A DNA stretch of 64,000 bases, taken from the NCBI GenBank assembly GCA_964371945.1, contig CAYJPA010000014.1, positions 6,492 to 70,491 of the forward strand, in the 5' to 3' direction. This document shows positions 28,460 to 38,081 of this stretch, piece by piece. The DNA is from an uncultured Sphaerobacteraceae bacterium. GTDB taxonomy: Bacteria; Chloroflexota; Chloroflexia; Thermomicrobiales; UBA6265. Positions within the stretch are counted from its first letter, which is position 1. Each line of letters begins with the position of its first letter. The notes below the pieces were generated by a model, which saw only the letters and a program-made list of their open reading frames with translations, ran no database searches and was not told the origin of the DNA. The translations under genes were made by a program, and so were the position numbers.

Positions 28460-29896
28460 ATGACCAGGCTGCAGCAGGTTCATCTCCCGAAAACGCGGTC
28501 CATGTGGCTGCAGGAAGCGCTCGCGCTCGAACCCGACGCGGATCGTGTTGAGCCGATCACGGGAGCCTACAAAGCAGATATTTGCATCGTAGGCGGTGGA
28601 TACACGGGACTGTGGACCGCGCTTCGGATCAAGGAGCTGGATCCCTCGGTCGATGTCGTCCTAATTGAGGCGGACATTTGCGGTAGCGGTGCCAGCGGCC
28701 GCAACGGCGGTCTCGTTCTCGGTTGGTGGTATAAACTCGCGACATTGATCAAGATCTGTGGTGAGGAAGAGGCGCTCCGCCTCGTCAAGGCAGCCAGCGG
28801 CGCCATCTCCGAGATCGGCGCGTTCTGCGAGCGACATGGCATCGACGCTCATTTCCGCCAGTGCGGCCGTCTTCAAACTGCCACCACGCCGCTTCATCTC
28901 GGCAAATGGGAAGAGACCGTCGCCACAACCGAACGGTACGGGCTTGACGCGTTCGACCGGCTGATGCCAGAAGAGGTTTCAGCGCGCGCTGGTTCCCAGG
29001 TCTACCAAGGCGGTGTGCTCGAAAAGGATTCGGCGACCGTGCAGCCAGCGCTCCTGGCTCGAGGAATGCGCATGGTCGCCATCGAGCAAGGCATCAAAAT
29101 CTTCGAAAAGTCGCCGGTGGTATCGATCGATCGCGGGAACCCGCCCGTCGTCCGAACGGCGCATGCCGCCATTGTCGCCGGCAAGGTGATCCTCGCCACG
29201 AACGCGTGGACAGCGTCATTGCACGAAGTGCGCCGGCATATCATTGTCGTTTCGACCGATATGATCGCAACCGCACCGATTCCCGAGCGACTCAAGGAGA
29301 TCGGTTGGTCAGGCGGCGAATCGATTACCGACTCCCGCCTCATGGTGCACTACCACCAGGTCACGCACGATGGCCGAATTGCGATCGGGCGGGGAAGCGG
29401 AGCACTCGCGTATCTCGGTCGCGTGACGAGCGCGTTTCAGGGTGTTCGGGCGAAGGCGGATGTCGTCGAACAGGGATTGCGGAAGCTCTATCCGCAACTG
29501 GCGGACGTGCCAGTTACGCACAGATGGGGCGGGCCGATCGATCGGAGTCGATCCGGCACCCTCGTCTTCGGCAAGCTTGGCGGCGATCCGAGAGTCCTGT
29601 ACGGAATCGGCTATTCGGGCACCGGCGTCGCGCCATCGGTGCTCGGCGGGAAAATCTTGGCCTCGACCGCGCTCGATCGGGTCGACGAGTGGTCGACCAC
29701 GCGCCTGAACCAGGGTCCGGTGCTGCTCTATCCCCCCGATCCCGTCCGGTTCTTCGGCGGCATCGCGGTCAGGCAGGTGCTCACGAAAAAAGAGGAGGGT
29801 GAGGAGGACGGAGTCGTTCCGAGTCAACTTGCGGTCAAGATTTCCGCACTCGCCGAGCCGACCCTTCCGCGAAATCTCGATCGCTCCACCCCTTGA
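28460..29896 (+). CDS. FAD-dependent oxidoreductase (PuuB/DAO family)
   Basis: IVGGGYTGLWTA, GASGRNGG, VILATNAW, HRWGGPID and GYSGTGV. Confidence 0.88.
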   Translation: MTRLQQVHLPKTRSMWLQEALALEPDADRVEPITGAYKADICIVGGGYTGLWTALRIKELDPSVDVVLIEADICGSGASGRNGGLVLGWWYKLATLIKICGEEEALRLVKAASGAISEIGAFCERHGIDAHFRQCGRLQTATTPLHLGKWEETVATTERYGLDAFDRLMPEEVSARAGSQVYQGGVLEKDSATVQPALLARGMRMVAIEQGIKIFEKSPVVSIDRGNPPVVRTAHAAIVAGKVILATNAWTASLHEVRRHIIVVSTDMIATAPIPERLKEIGWSGGESITDSRLMVHYHQVTHDGRIAIGRGSGALAYLGRVTSAFQGVRAKADVVEQGLRKLYPQLADVPVTHRWGGPIDRSRSGTLVFGKLGGDPRVLYGIGYSGTGVAPSVLGGKILASTALDRVDEWSTTRLNQGPVLLYPPDPVRFFGGIAVRQVLTKKEEGEEDGVVPSQLAVKISALAEPTLPRNLDRSTP

Positions 29897-29902
29897 CCGA
29901 CG

Positions 29903-31129
29903 TTATGGGATTGTCGTCGGGGTTCCATCAACCTCCGGTTCGGTCAACAGCCAGTCGTTGAACCGCAACGTTATTGCCTCTAGATTGTCCGCCCACCAGT
30001 TCCAGTTCTGCACGAATTGGACCGATTTGTTGATTAGCGAGCTTGGCAACTGCGTTGCTCGATCCGCACGCAACAATTCGAAAGCGCCAGGATTAACCGG
30101 TCCAAACGGAACGAGGCGACCGAAATTCGCGCTCGGTACCGCGCGTGTCGCGAAATTGATGAAGTCCATCGCGAGATCGCGATTCGGCGCACCCTTAGGA
30201 ACGACCCAGGCGTCAGCCGAAAGCATCCCGCCGTACCACTGGAAGCGCACCTCGTCTCCAACACCAAGCTGCCATGGCCGTACGTTCCAGGCACTCGCCA
30301 TACCGACTTGACCGGCAACGACCAGCTCAACCGGCTGCTTGCCGTCCTCATACCAAACCGCCACGTGATCACGGATCGCATCCAGCCGGGCGAAAGCCCG
30401 CTCGACATTCAGTGGATAGAGATCTTCCTTCAAAACGCCATCGGACATCAGGGCAAACTCGAGCGTTCCGACCGGACTATGACGCAGCGCCCGCAGATTC
30501 AGTGGATCTGGTTCTTCGTCCTCAACGATCGGTTTGACATCCCAAAAGTCCTCCCAGCCCTGCGGGACATTTGAGGAGCCTGCTGGGTAGACCACGACGG
30601 TCGAGAAGAAGGCCGCGCCGACGCCATACTGCAGCGCAATCTCGGGAAAGAGCTGAGACTTGTCGACAACCGCGTAGTCGATCGGTTCCAGGTATTGCGC
30701 CCGTGCAAGAGCAATGACCTGCTCCATTGGCAGAGTCATCACATCCCAGGTGACTGACTCCTGCTCGACCTGCTCCCGGAAGCGGTCGACATCCGCGATT
30801 TTGATCTGAAAGGCGGCGCCAGTTGCCATCGAGAAGGGATCAAAGAAGGCCTCCTCCTGAGCGCTTTGGTAGTCGCCACCCCAACCGGCCATGGTCAAGG
30901 TGCGCCCAGCCCATTTTTCCGGATTGGAGTATCCGGCCACGGGCGACGCGATCGGGCCCTGGGTTGCGGTCGGCGCCAATTCAGGCTCGGCGGTCGATGT
31001 CGGCGTTAGCTCTTCCTTGGGTTCGTTGTCGTCTCCGCAGGCCGACAGCGCGACCGCCAACCCCGAACCACCAAGGAGTCCTAGCGCCCGTCGGCGAGTC
31101 ATCGATCGTCGTCCAGATTCGAGCCCCAT
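29903..31129 (-). CDS. Polyamine-type ABC substrate-binding lipoprotein (PotD/PotF-like, Tat signal)
   Basis: TRRRALGLL...LSAC lipobox; GWGGDYQ, WEDFWD, LEFALMSDGV..LYPL and WVVPKGAPN. Confidence 0.85.
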   Translation of the reverse strand: MGLESGRRSMTRRRALGLLGGSGLAVALSACGDDNEPKEELTPTSTAEPELAPTATQGPIASPVAGYSNPEKWAGRTLTMAGWGGDYQSAQEEAFFDPFSMATGAAFQIKIADVDRFREQVEQESVTWDVMTLPMEQVIALARAQYLEPIDYAVVDKSQLFPEIALQYGVGAAFFSTVVVYPAGSSNVPQGWEDFWDVKPIVEDEEPDPLNLRALRHSPVGTLEFALMSDGVLKEDLYPLNVERAFARLDAIRDHVAVWYEDGKQPVELVVAGQVGMASAWNVRPWQLGVGDEVRFQWYGGMLSADAWVVPKGAPNRDLAMDFINFATRAVPSANFGRLVPFGPVNPGAFELLRADRATQLPSSLINKSVQFVQNWNWWADNLEAITLRFNDWLLTEPEVDGTPTTIP

Positions 31130-31401
31130 AAACCAATGCTCCAAGCAACCAGATATCCCCTGATCAAATCGTCCGCGCTTCTCATATTGGGCATTCGCTC
31201 TAGCCATGGGCAATTCGCCCGGTTTCACGGTGCAATCTTACCGTTATTGCACATACGGGGTACGATGTACGATCACAAAGACGTTGCCGATTTCAACTAC
31301 AGTCCCTAGCGCGTCCCCGTGCGATGCTAGGATGACGAACCGACCGGAGCGCCTCGGAGTCGCACCCAGAGCTCATGAGAGGACGAAGAACGTAGAATCC
31401 G

Positions 31402-32880
31402 ATTCGAATCGCGTTGGCCGGGTTCGCACATGAGACGAATACTTTCGCGCCCTGGCCGGCCGATCTCGAGGATTTCCAAGCCAATGGCTACTTCAGCGGA
31501 GACGAATTGCGATCGCGGGCGGGAACGAACAGTGTGGTCGGCGGCGTGGTCGACGCGATCGCGGCTGACAACTCGCTCGAGTTGGTCCCACTGACCGCAA
31601 CCAGCGCAATCCCGGGAGGTCTGGTCACGGCGCGGGCAGCGAACCAAATCGAAACAGAGATCGTCGAGGGACTCCTGGCAACGCGACCGGATGCAGTCGT
31701 GCTTGATCTCCACGGCGCAATGGTCACCGAGATCAGCGATGATGGCGAAGCGACTACGCTGCGAAAGGTGCGGGAAGCAGTTGGGGCAGAGGCGCCGATT
31801 GTTGCGGTGCTCGATCTCCACACGAACATCTCGCACGAGATGATTCGATACTCAGACGTGCTGATCCCTTACCACACATACCCGCACGTCGATCTCGCTG
31901 AGCGCGGAGCAGAAGCGGTCAACTTGGCAAAGCGAGCGGCGCTTGGCGAAGTCAGACCTAGTTCGTTCCTGACCAAGATTCCGATGATGCCTCCAGGGCC
32001 GAAGCAGTATTCGGGCGTTGAACCAACGGTCTCGATTATGAACCGGGCGTTTGAGTTGGAACGATTGCCAGGAGTGTTGAATGTCGGTGTCGCATTTGCG
32101 TTTCCCTATGCCGATTGCCCGTTTCCCGGCATGGGCGTGGTCGCCACGACGGACAACGCGCCCGACCTTGCCGAACGATGCTCGCAGGAGCTTGCAGATT
32201 TCATTTGGGAGCGCCGCGAGGAGTTTCGGCCGGAGGCGATGACTGTCGAAGCTGCGATCCATGAGGCGATGGAATCAGTGGAAGGTCCGGTCGTTCTCGC
32301 CGATCTCGGTGACAATCCTGGCGGCGGGACCGCCTGCGATGGAACTAAATTGCTCTGGGGACTGCTCGATCTGGGCGCGCCCAACTCCGCCCTGGCGGTT
32401 ATCGTCGATCACGAGGCACTTGAAACGGCGATCGCCTCCGGCGAGGGGGCAACGATCTCGATCCAACTCGGCGGAAAGACCGACGACCTTCACGGCTATC
32501 CCGTACCGATCACCGCCGTCGTGCGCTCCCTGTCGGACGGTCACTTCATCTATGAGGGGCCGATGAACGCGGGCGTTGCCGGCACGCTCGGGCGAACGGC
32601 GGTACTGGTCTGCGAGGGGCGACACGGCAACACGGTCGAGGTGATCGTTTGCGAGCGTCGGGTGCAAGCGCTTGACGCGGCGATCTTCCGATCTCAAGGA
32701 ATCGAACCGGCCGAGCGGAAGATCCTGGTCGTCAAGTCCGCGGTTCATTTCCGCGGATCGCTCGCGCCGATCGCAAAACGGATTATCGAGGTTAACACGC
32801 CGGGCTTGACCAGAATCGATTTCACCCGATTTCCATACCGGCGGTTGCCAAGACCGATCTGGCCGCTCGACGATATATAG
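31402..32880 (+). CDS. M81 family metallopeptidase (MlrC-like), second paralogue with an anomalous start
   Basis: (I)RIALAGFAHETNTF, LDLHGAM, LDLHTN, YPHVD, DLGDNPGGG, KSAVHFR and RPIWPLD; in-frame TAG at 31393 precedes the N-terminus. Confidence 0.88.
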   Translation: MRIALAGFAHETNTFAPWPADLEDFQANGYFSGDELRSRAGTNSVVGGVVDAIAADNSLELVPLTATSAIPGGLVTARAANQIETEIVEGLLATRPDAVVLDLHGAMVTEISDDGEATTLRKVREAVGAEAPIVAVLDLHTNISHEMIRYSDVLIPYHTYPHVDLAERGAEAVNLAKRAALGEVRPSSFLTKIPMMPPGPKQYSGVEPTVSIMNRAFELERLPGVLNVGVAFAFPYADCPFPGMGVVATTDNAPDLAERCSQELADFIWERREEFRPEAMTVEAAIHEAMESVEGPVVLADLGDNPGGGTACDGTKLLWGLLDLGAPNSALAVIVDHEALETAIASGEGATISIQLGGKTDDLHGYPVPITAVVRSLSDGHFIYEGPMNAGVAGTLGRTAVLVCEGRHGNTVEVIVCERRVQALDAAIFRSQGIEPAERKILVVKSAVHFRGSLAPIAKRIIEVNTPGLTRIDFTRFPYRRLPRPIWPLDDI

Positions 32881-33038
32881 GTGTCGCCGAGGCTGGATAT
32901 GATTCATGGTTGCCGTTTGCCGTATGGAACGGTACCCTGACCATGCCACGGCAAATGCGCGGTGGTCTGTGAGACTCTGGCCAGCGCGCTTCATCCCGTG
33001 CCGGCCACAGCGGCGATGGCCGGAGGATCGAGAACAGC

Positions 33039-33302
33039 ATGGACACCTATAACATTTATATGGACGAAATCCCTACCGGGAGCGAGCTCGACGGGGAAGC
33101 CGGCTACGAAGTCGAATTTCGGGTGGCGGCAAACAGCCAGGACGACGGCGATCCCGAGAACAACGCGGTTCTCGCGGGACTTGATCTTGTCGACTTGATC
33201 AATCTTCGCGACGCGATCCAGGGCGAGATCGACAACTTCGCGCTGATCGCGCTCGAGGCGCTTTCTGACGAAGACGACGTTGTAGAGGAAGCAGAGCCGT
33301 AA
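33039..33302 (+). CDS. Hypothetical small acidic protein
   Basis: 87-aa Asp/Glu-rich ORF with ATG start and GGAGG upstream. Confidence 0.7.
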   Translation: MDTYNIYMDEIPTGSELDGEAGYEVEFRVAANSQDDGDPENNAVLAGLDLVDLINLRDAIQGEIDNFALIALEALSDEDDVVEEAEP

Positions 33303-33371
33303 GGGCTGCGGCGGCGAACGTTTGACACGAACCGGCGGCGGTGCGACGCGGCCGAGGGAAAGGCTTCAGGT

Positions 33372-33461
33372 TTGACAGAGTAACTCCTCACCCACTTATT
33401 CGCGTGGTGATCCGGTGATTTCGATCGCTTCATCTGCGATCCACCGGCTCAGAGGAGTTTC
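33372..33461 (+). promoter_or_regulatory. Putative translational attenuator leader of the ABC-F gene
   Basis: AACTCCTC (33382-89) is complementary to the SD GAGGAGTT (33452-59); nested CCGGTG/CACCGG and GATCGC/GCGATC stems; TTG-ACA-GAG-TAA mini-ORF at 33372. Confidence 0.55.
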
Positions 33462-35081
33462 ATGCTAACTGTCAGTAATGTTTCGAAGCGCCTTGGCGAT
33501 CAGCTCGTACTCGATCGCATTTCATTCACGGTTAATCATGGAGATCGGATCGGTTTGGCCGGCCCGAACGGGGCCGGCAAATCGACGCTTCTCGCGATCA
33601 TGTCAAAACGGCTTCCAGCCGATACCGGCTCCGTATCCATGCCTCCCTCGACCACCATCGGTTTTCTTCGTCAGGGGTTCGCCGACCTGCAAGGCGGCAC
33701 GCTCGGGATGATGCTGGACGAGCAGCTTCGCGGACTGTTATCCGCCGCCGAACGATTGACGCTCGCAACGGAGGATCTTTCGAACCCGGCCATCGAACAA
33801 TCCACGAGTCTTGCCAGGTTTGCCGATGCGACGGAGCAGTTCGAGGACCTCGGGGGTTACGCGACTGTCGACGAGCTCACTCTGTTGCTAGGCAAGTTCG
33901 GACTCGGTCGAGTGCCATTCGATACACCGTTGCACGAGCTCTCCGGCGGCGAAAAGACGCGAGCAGGCCTGGCCGCGATTCTTGCCGCCCGGCCCGATTT
34001 GTTACTGCTTGATGAGCCCACGAACCACCTCGATCTCGACGCGTTGCTCTGGCTGGAGGAATTCGTGCGGTCGTACCGGGGAGCGATCGTGATCGTTTCA
34101 CACGATCGTGTCTTCATCGACAAGACCGCATCCCAGATTTTGGAGCTCAGTGACGAATCCAGGTCCGTAACTGCTTATCCCGGCAACTACAGCGCATACA
34201 TTGCCGCGAAGCAACGGGCCGCCGAAGCGCAATTGGATGCTTTCGAGCGTCAACAGCGCGAGATTCAACGAATCGAACGCGACATTCGCGCGGTCGCGTC
34301 TCACGGCCAAAAGACGGAGGGCGAAACCACCAATGACTACATACGAGGGCGCGCGAAGAAGGTGGCCCGCACTGCCAAGGTTCGAGAGCGCAGGCTAGAA
34401 AGAGTTCTTGATTCGAGCGATCGGATCGAGAAGCCGGGCAAACGATGGGGTTTGGCGCTCGAGCTGGACGCGGTCAAACCGAGCGGTCGAGACGTGATCA
34501 TTGCTGACCGGGTCATTCTCCGGTTTGGCGAGCGAACGATCCTGAGCGGCATTGACCTGCACATTCGAGCGGGCGAACGGGTAGCGTTGGTGGGCCCAAA
34601 TGGCGCCGGGAAATCGACGCTCCTGCGCGTGCTGTCAGGTCGAATGGCCCCGGAGTCAGGGACGGTCAGACTTGGCGCGGCGGTCGAGCTCGGGATCTAT
34701 GACCAGGAACAAGAGAATGTCGATCTGGGCCGTTCGGCGCTGGATCAGGTTCGCTCAGCGAGCTCCGGAGAGGAGAGCGAAATCAGGACGTTCCTGCACA
34801 GGTTTCTCTTTACCGAGGATCAAGTACGCCGGCCAGCCGGCGAGCTTTCGTACGGAGAGCGCGCCCGGCTTTCGCTCGCATTGCTCGTGAGAAGGGGAGC
34901 GAACGTCTTGTTACTGGACGAGCCGCTCAATCATCTCGATCTGGACGCGCGTGAGCGCTTCGAGGATGCCCTATTGGACTTCGACGGTGCGGTTGTAATC
35001 GTGTTGCACGACCGCTACGCGATCGAGCGGTTGGCGACCCGGGTGATCGAACTTCGAGATGGCAAGCTCAACGAGCGCTAA
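33462..35081 (+). CDS. ABC-F family ATPase (possible ribosome-protection type)
   Basis: Two NBDs (GPNGAGKST twice, LSGGEKTR, DEPTNHLD, DEPLNHLD), no TM segments, long linker with DYIRGRAKKVARTAKVRERRLER. Confidence 0.9.
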   Translation: MLTVSNVSKRLGDQLVLDRISFTVNHGDRIGLAGPNGAGKSTLLAIMSKRLPADTGSVSMPPSTTIGFLRQGFADLQGGTLGMMLDEQLRGLLSAAERLTLATEDLSNPAIEQSTSLARFADATEQFEDLGGYATVDELTLLLGKFGLGRVPFDTPLHELSGGEKTRAGLAAILAARPDLLLLDEPTNHLDLDALLWLEEFVRSYRGAIVIVSHDRVFIDKTASQILELSDESRSVTAYPGNYSAYIAAKQRAAEAQLDAFERQQREIQRIERDIRAVASHGQKTEGETTNDYIRGRAKKVARTAKVRERRLERVLDSSDRIEKPGKRWGLALELDAVKPSGRDVIIADRVILRFGERTILSGIDLHIRAGERVALVGPNGAGKSTLLRVLSGRMAPESGTVRLGAAVELGIYDQEQENVDLGRSALDQVRSASSGEESEIRTFLHRFLFTEDQVRRPAGELSYGERARLSLALLVRRGANVLLLDEPLNHLDLDARERFEDALLDFDGAVVIVLHDRYAIERLATRVIELRDGKLNER

Positions 35082-35086
35082 GAAAC

Positions 35087-35824
35087 TCAGTCCGGCCTTC
35101 GACCGCCAAAAACGGCGAGCTCGAAGTATTTGAAGTAACAGTCGACATCGTCGAAGCCGGCCTCAACCAGCCAAGCGCACTGCTCTTCAACCGGAGCGAG
35201 CACGTTTGCCGGCTTGTCCTCGCGTTCAAAGTACTCACCCGCGACCTGGGCCGGCGTCCGGCCCGTACCGAGCTGGCTCTGATACGCGACCAGCGAATCG
35301 ATCATCGAGCGGTCGAACTGCTCCTCCAGCCACTCCGTCGGGGAGGCCACATGTTCGGCATTGAGAAACATCCCGCCAGGGGCAATCAACGAATAGATCT
35401 CAGAATAGAGTGCGCGCTTCCGCTCGTGGGTCAGGTGATGAATGGCAAATCCGGAAACGACGGCGTCGTACGGAGCGTCGTGCGCGACGCGTTCAACCCA
35501 AGTTGGACTCGCAAGATCGGCGAGGATGAACCTCGGTAACGAGATGTCGGCCTCGAGCAAATCGCGCGCCGCATCCATCATCGGTTCGGAAAAGTCGACC
35601 AGGTAGGCGCGTGCATCGGGGTACTGGGCGAGAATCGCAATCGCGAGCAATCCCGATCCAGATCCCAAATCAAGGAACCGGCCGATCGGCCTGCCGCTGG
35701 CGGCAAGCAATCTCAGCATGATCTCAATCTGGTCGCTGGCATAGGGTATGCCGCCGCGAACACCTTCGAGAAATCGCTTTACGAGCCAGTCATTTTTCCA
35801 GACTTCATCGGGACGATGCGCCAC
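35087..35824 (-). CDS. Class I SAM-dependent methyltransferase
   Basis: FLDLGSGSG, VDFSEPM, AVVSGFAIHHL and PGGMFLNAEH; GGAG before GTG at 35824. Confidence 0.88.
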   Translation of the reverse strand: MAHRPDEVWKNDWLVKRFLEGVRGGIPYASDQIEIMLRLLAASGRPIGRFLDLGSGSGLLAIAILAQYPDARAYLVDFSEPMMDAARDLLEADISLPRFILADLASPTWVERVAHDAPYDAVVSGFAIHHLTHERKRALYSEIYSLIAPGGMFLNAEHVASPTEWLEEQFDRSMIDSLVAYQSQLGTGRTPAQVAGEYFEREDKPANVLAPVEEQCAWLVEAGFDDVDCYFKYFELAVFGGRRPD

Positions 35825-36173
35825 GCTCACTCCAATTAAGCAACATGACGTTGCATTCGACTGCACGACTTCCTGACTACAGCTTAATCGACCTCGCGAC
35901 CGGCCGCACGACGACCTCAGTCCGACTCGGGTTGTCGCCAAGCGAATCGAGCAGACCTCGTCTGCTGCGCGATCCGACGGGGCCGCAAACGACGGTTGAC
36001 GTTGCTCCGTACAATCAAGTTTTTGAAAAATTCTCACTGACCAGGTATCATGCGTATCGATCAGGATCGACTCGAAGAGCGTTCGCGGGATTTCAAGGAT
36101 TTCTCCTCAGCCATGGTTTGGGGCCGACCTCCAGCATACGTACACCATGGAACAATCCGGGGTCAGTCCAAAC

Positions 36174-36218
36174 TTGACACGGTCGGTTGACACGCTTACG
36201 TCAGCCATTTCCTATAAT
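36174..36218 (+). promoter_or_regulatory. Putative sigma70 promoter of the dpp operon
   Basis: Perfect TATAAT at 36213-18; TTGACA at 36174 and 36187 (spacing non-canonical). Confidence 0.4.
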
Positions 36219-36392
36219 TCAAGGCGAGTAAGCATCCGGAAAGGAGGACCCAGCCCAGGCAATCGCTGAGCCGGAGCATACGAGAGAAATCTGGCGATTG
36301 ATCTCGATTTGCCTGACCATTCCCCTTATCCGATCGGGAAGCGCGAAACGGAGACTCCGCTCGGCTTCTCAGTCGAAGAACAGGAGCGAACA

Positions 36393-37988
36393 TTGTCGAC
36401 TTACACAAGCATGAAGCGGCCAATGGCCCTTCTCGGAATCCTGGCAATGCTGGGAATGTTCCTGGCGCCAACAGCGGCCGTAGCCCAGGATGCAACACCA
36501 TCTCCTGGCGGCGGAGTACTCGTTGGCGCGTTCGATGTTGGACCGGGCGGATGCCCAGAGTGTCCGAATCCGCTTCAGGCCGGCGCCGGATTCACCTGGT
36601 ACGAAAAGTACTTCTCAAAATTGATGCTCTACGATGTGAATTTCACCGCCGTTCAAGGCGAGCTCGCCGAATCGTGGGAGATCAATGCGGACGCCACTCA
36701 GTACACCATCAAGCTTCGTGAAGGTGTGCTCTGGCACGATGGAGAGCCGTTCACCTCGGCAGACGTCAAGTTCACCATCGAGCTTGCGGCCAATCCTGAT
36801 AGCGCAAGCTACATCGGCGCCAAATTCGCCAGCGTTTCCTCGATCGAAACGCCCGACGATCTGACCGTCGTGCTGAACCTCTCCGTGGGCAATGCCACGT
36901 TGCTCGATGCATTCACCTTCCTGGTGATGCTACCGCAACACGCGCTCGCGGATATCGCTCCGGCGGATCTGACCACCTCGACCTGGTGGCTGGACAACCC
37001 CATCGGCACCGGGCCGTTCAAGTGGAAGGCGTACGAGCCGGGTCAATTCATCGAGCTCGAAGCGTTCGACGGCTATTGGCGCGGACGACCGGCGCTCGAC
37101 GGCATCATCAACCGCTTCTTCCCCGAGGCCGGGAGCTCGGTCATCGCGTTGAGATCCGGTGACATCTCATTCACCTATCTGACGACCGACGAGGCGCTCG
37201 CGCTCGAAGGCGATGCGGCCGTGACAGTCCTGTCCGGTCCGTCACAGGTGGTCAATTACTTCGGCTTCGATCTCTCGGACCCGCGGTTTGCGGATCAGCG
37301 CGTGCGCCAAGCGTTCATGTATGCAATCGACCGTCAGGTCATCATCGACCAGCTCTACGCGGGCCAGGCGACTGCTGTTCCCTGCGCCTATCTGCTGCCT
37401 CAGTATCTTCCGGCGGAATCGAACGGGTACGCTCAGGACGTTGCGATGGCGCAATCGTTGCTCACCGACGCCGGGTTTGACACAAGTCAACCGGTTGAGA
37501 TTCTGACCTACTACGCCGATCAGTTGTCGCAGGACGTGCTGGTGACGGTGCAGCAATTCATGGCTGATGCCGGGGTGACGATCGAGATTCGATCGGTCGA
37601 CGTCCCGACCTACAATCAAATCACACCCGACCCCGCGCAGTGGGACATCACGTATGCCGGCGCTGCAAACGGACCGGACCCCGATGTGCTCTCGACGCAC
37701 TTCGAGTCAAAGGAGGCCAACCCGAACGTTCTCAATCGCTCGAGTATTAAGGATGCGGAGCTCGACGCACTCTTCGCGCAAGGTCGCTCGGAGACCGACC
37801 CTGCAGCGCGTGCGGCCGCTTACCAGCAAATCTGTTCAATCATGAACGACCAGGTTTACTGGGCGCCGATGTGGGTTACGACCCGGTTCGGCGGCGTCAG
37901 CAATGCGATCGAAAACTTCGTCTGGACGCCTGCTCCCGGCGGCGGGCGCTATTACGATGCCTCGGAAACGTGGAGCATTCCTGCCTAA
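36393..37988 (+). CDS. Peptide/nickel-type ABC substrate-binding protein (SBP family 5)
   Basis: Signal peptide; LAESWE..YTIKLREGVLWHDGEPFTSADVKFT, PIGTGPF and VRQAFMYAIDR; AGGAG before TTG. Confidence 0.92.
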   Translation: MSTYTSMKRPMALLGILAMLGMFLAPTAAVAQDATPSPGGGVLVGAFDVGPGGCPECPNPLQAGAGFTWYEKYFSKLMLYDVNFTAVQGELAESWEINADATQYTIKLREGVLWHDGEPFTSADVKFTIELAANPDSASYIGAKFASVSSIETPDDLTVVLNLSVGNATLLDAFTFLVMLPQHALADIAPADLTTSTWWLDNPIGTGPFKWKAYEPGQFIELEAFDGYWRGRPALDGIINRFFPEAGSSVIALRSGDISFTYLTTDEALALEGDAAVTVLSGPSQVVNYFGFDLSDPRFADQRVRQAFMYAIDRQVIIDQLYAGQATAVPCAYLLPQYLPAESNGYAQDVAMAQSLLTDAGFDTSQPVEILTYYADQLSQDVLVTVQQFMADAGVTIEIRSVDVPTYNQITPDPAQWDITYAGAANGPDPDVLSTHFESKEANPNVLNRSSIKDAELDALFAQGRSETDPAARAAAYQQICSIMNDQVYWAPMWVTTRFGGVSNAIENFVWTPAPGGGRYYDASETWSIPA

Positions 37989-38001
37989 GGGACTCCGCTC
38001 A

Positions 38002-38035
38002 GTCACCCAGGGAGAATTGATTCTCCCTGGGTGAC
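38002..38035 (+). terminator. Intercistronic stem-loop after the SBP gene
   Basis: GTCACCCAGGGAGAAT-TG-ATTCTCCCTGGGTGAC, 16-bp inverted repeat. Confidence 0.65.
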
Positions 38036-38081
38036 CCTCCAGACAGCCTCACGATCCGCGAGAGGATACGCCGGTAACGTT

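Noticed and set aside
35825-36037. N-terminal extensions given by the ORF track (methyltransferase here; also folK, livK, livH, CHAD1)
   Set aside because: SD positions and family N-termini support shorter downstream starts.
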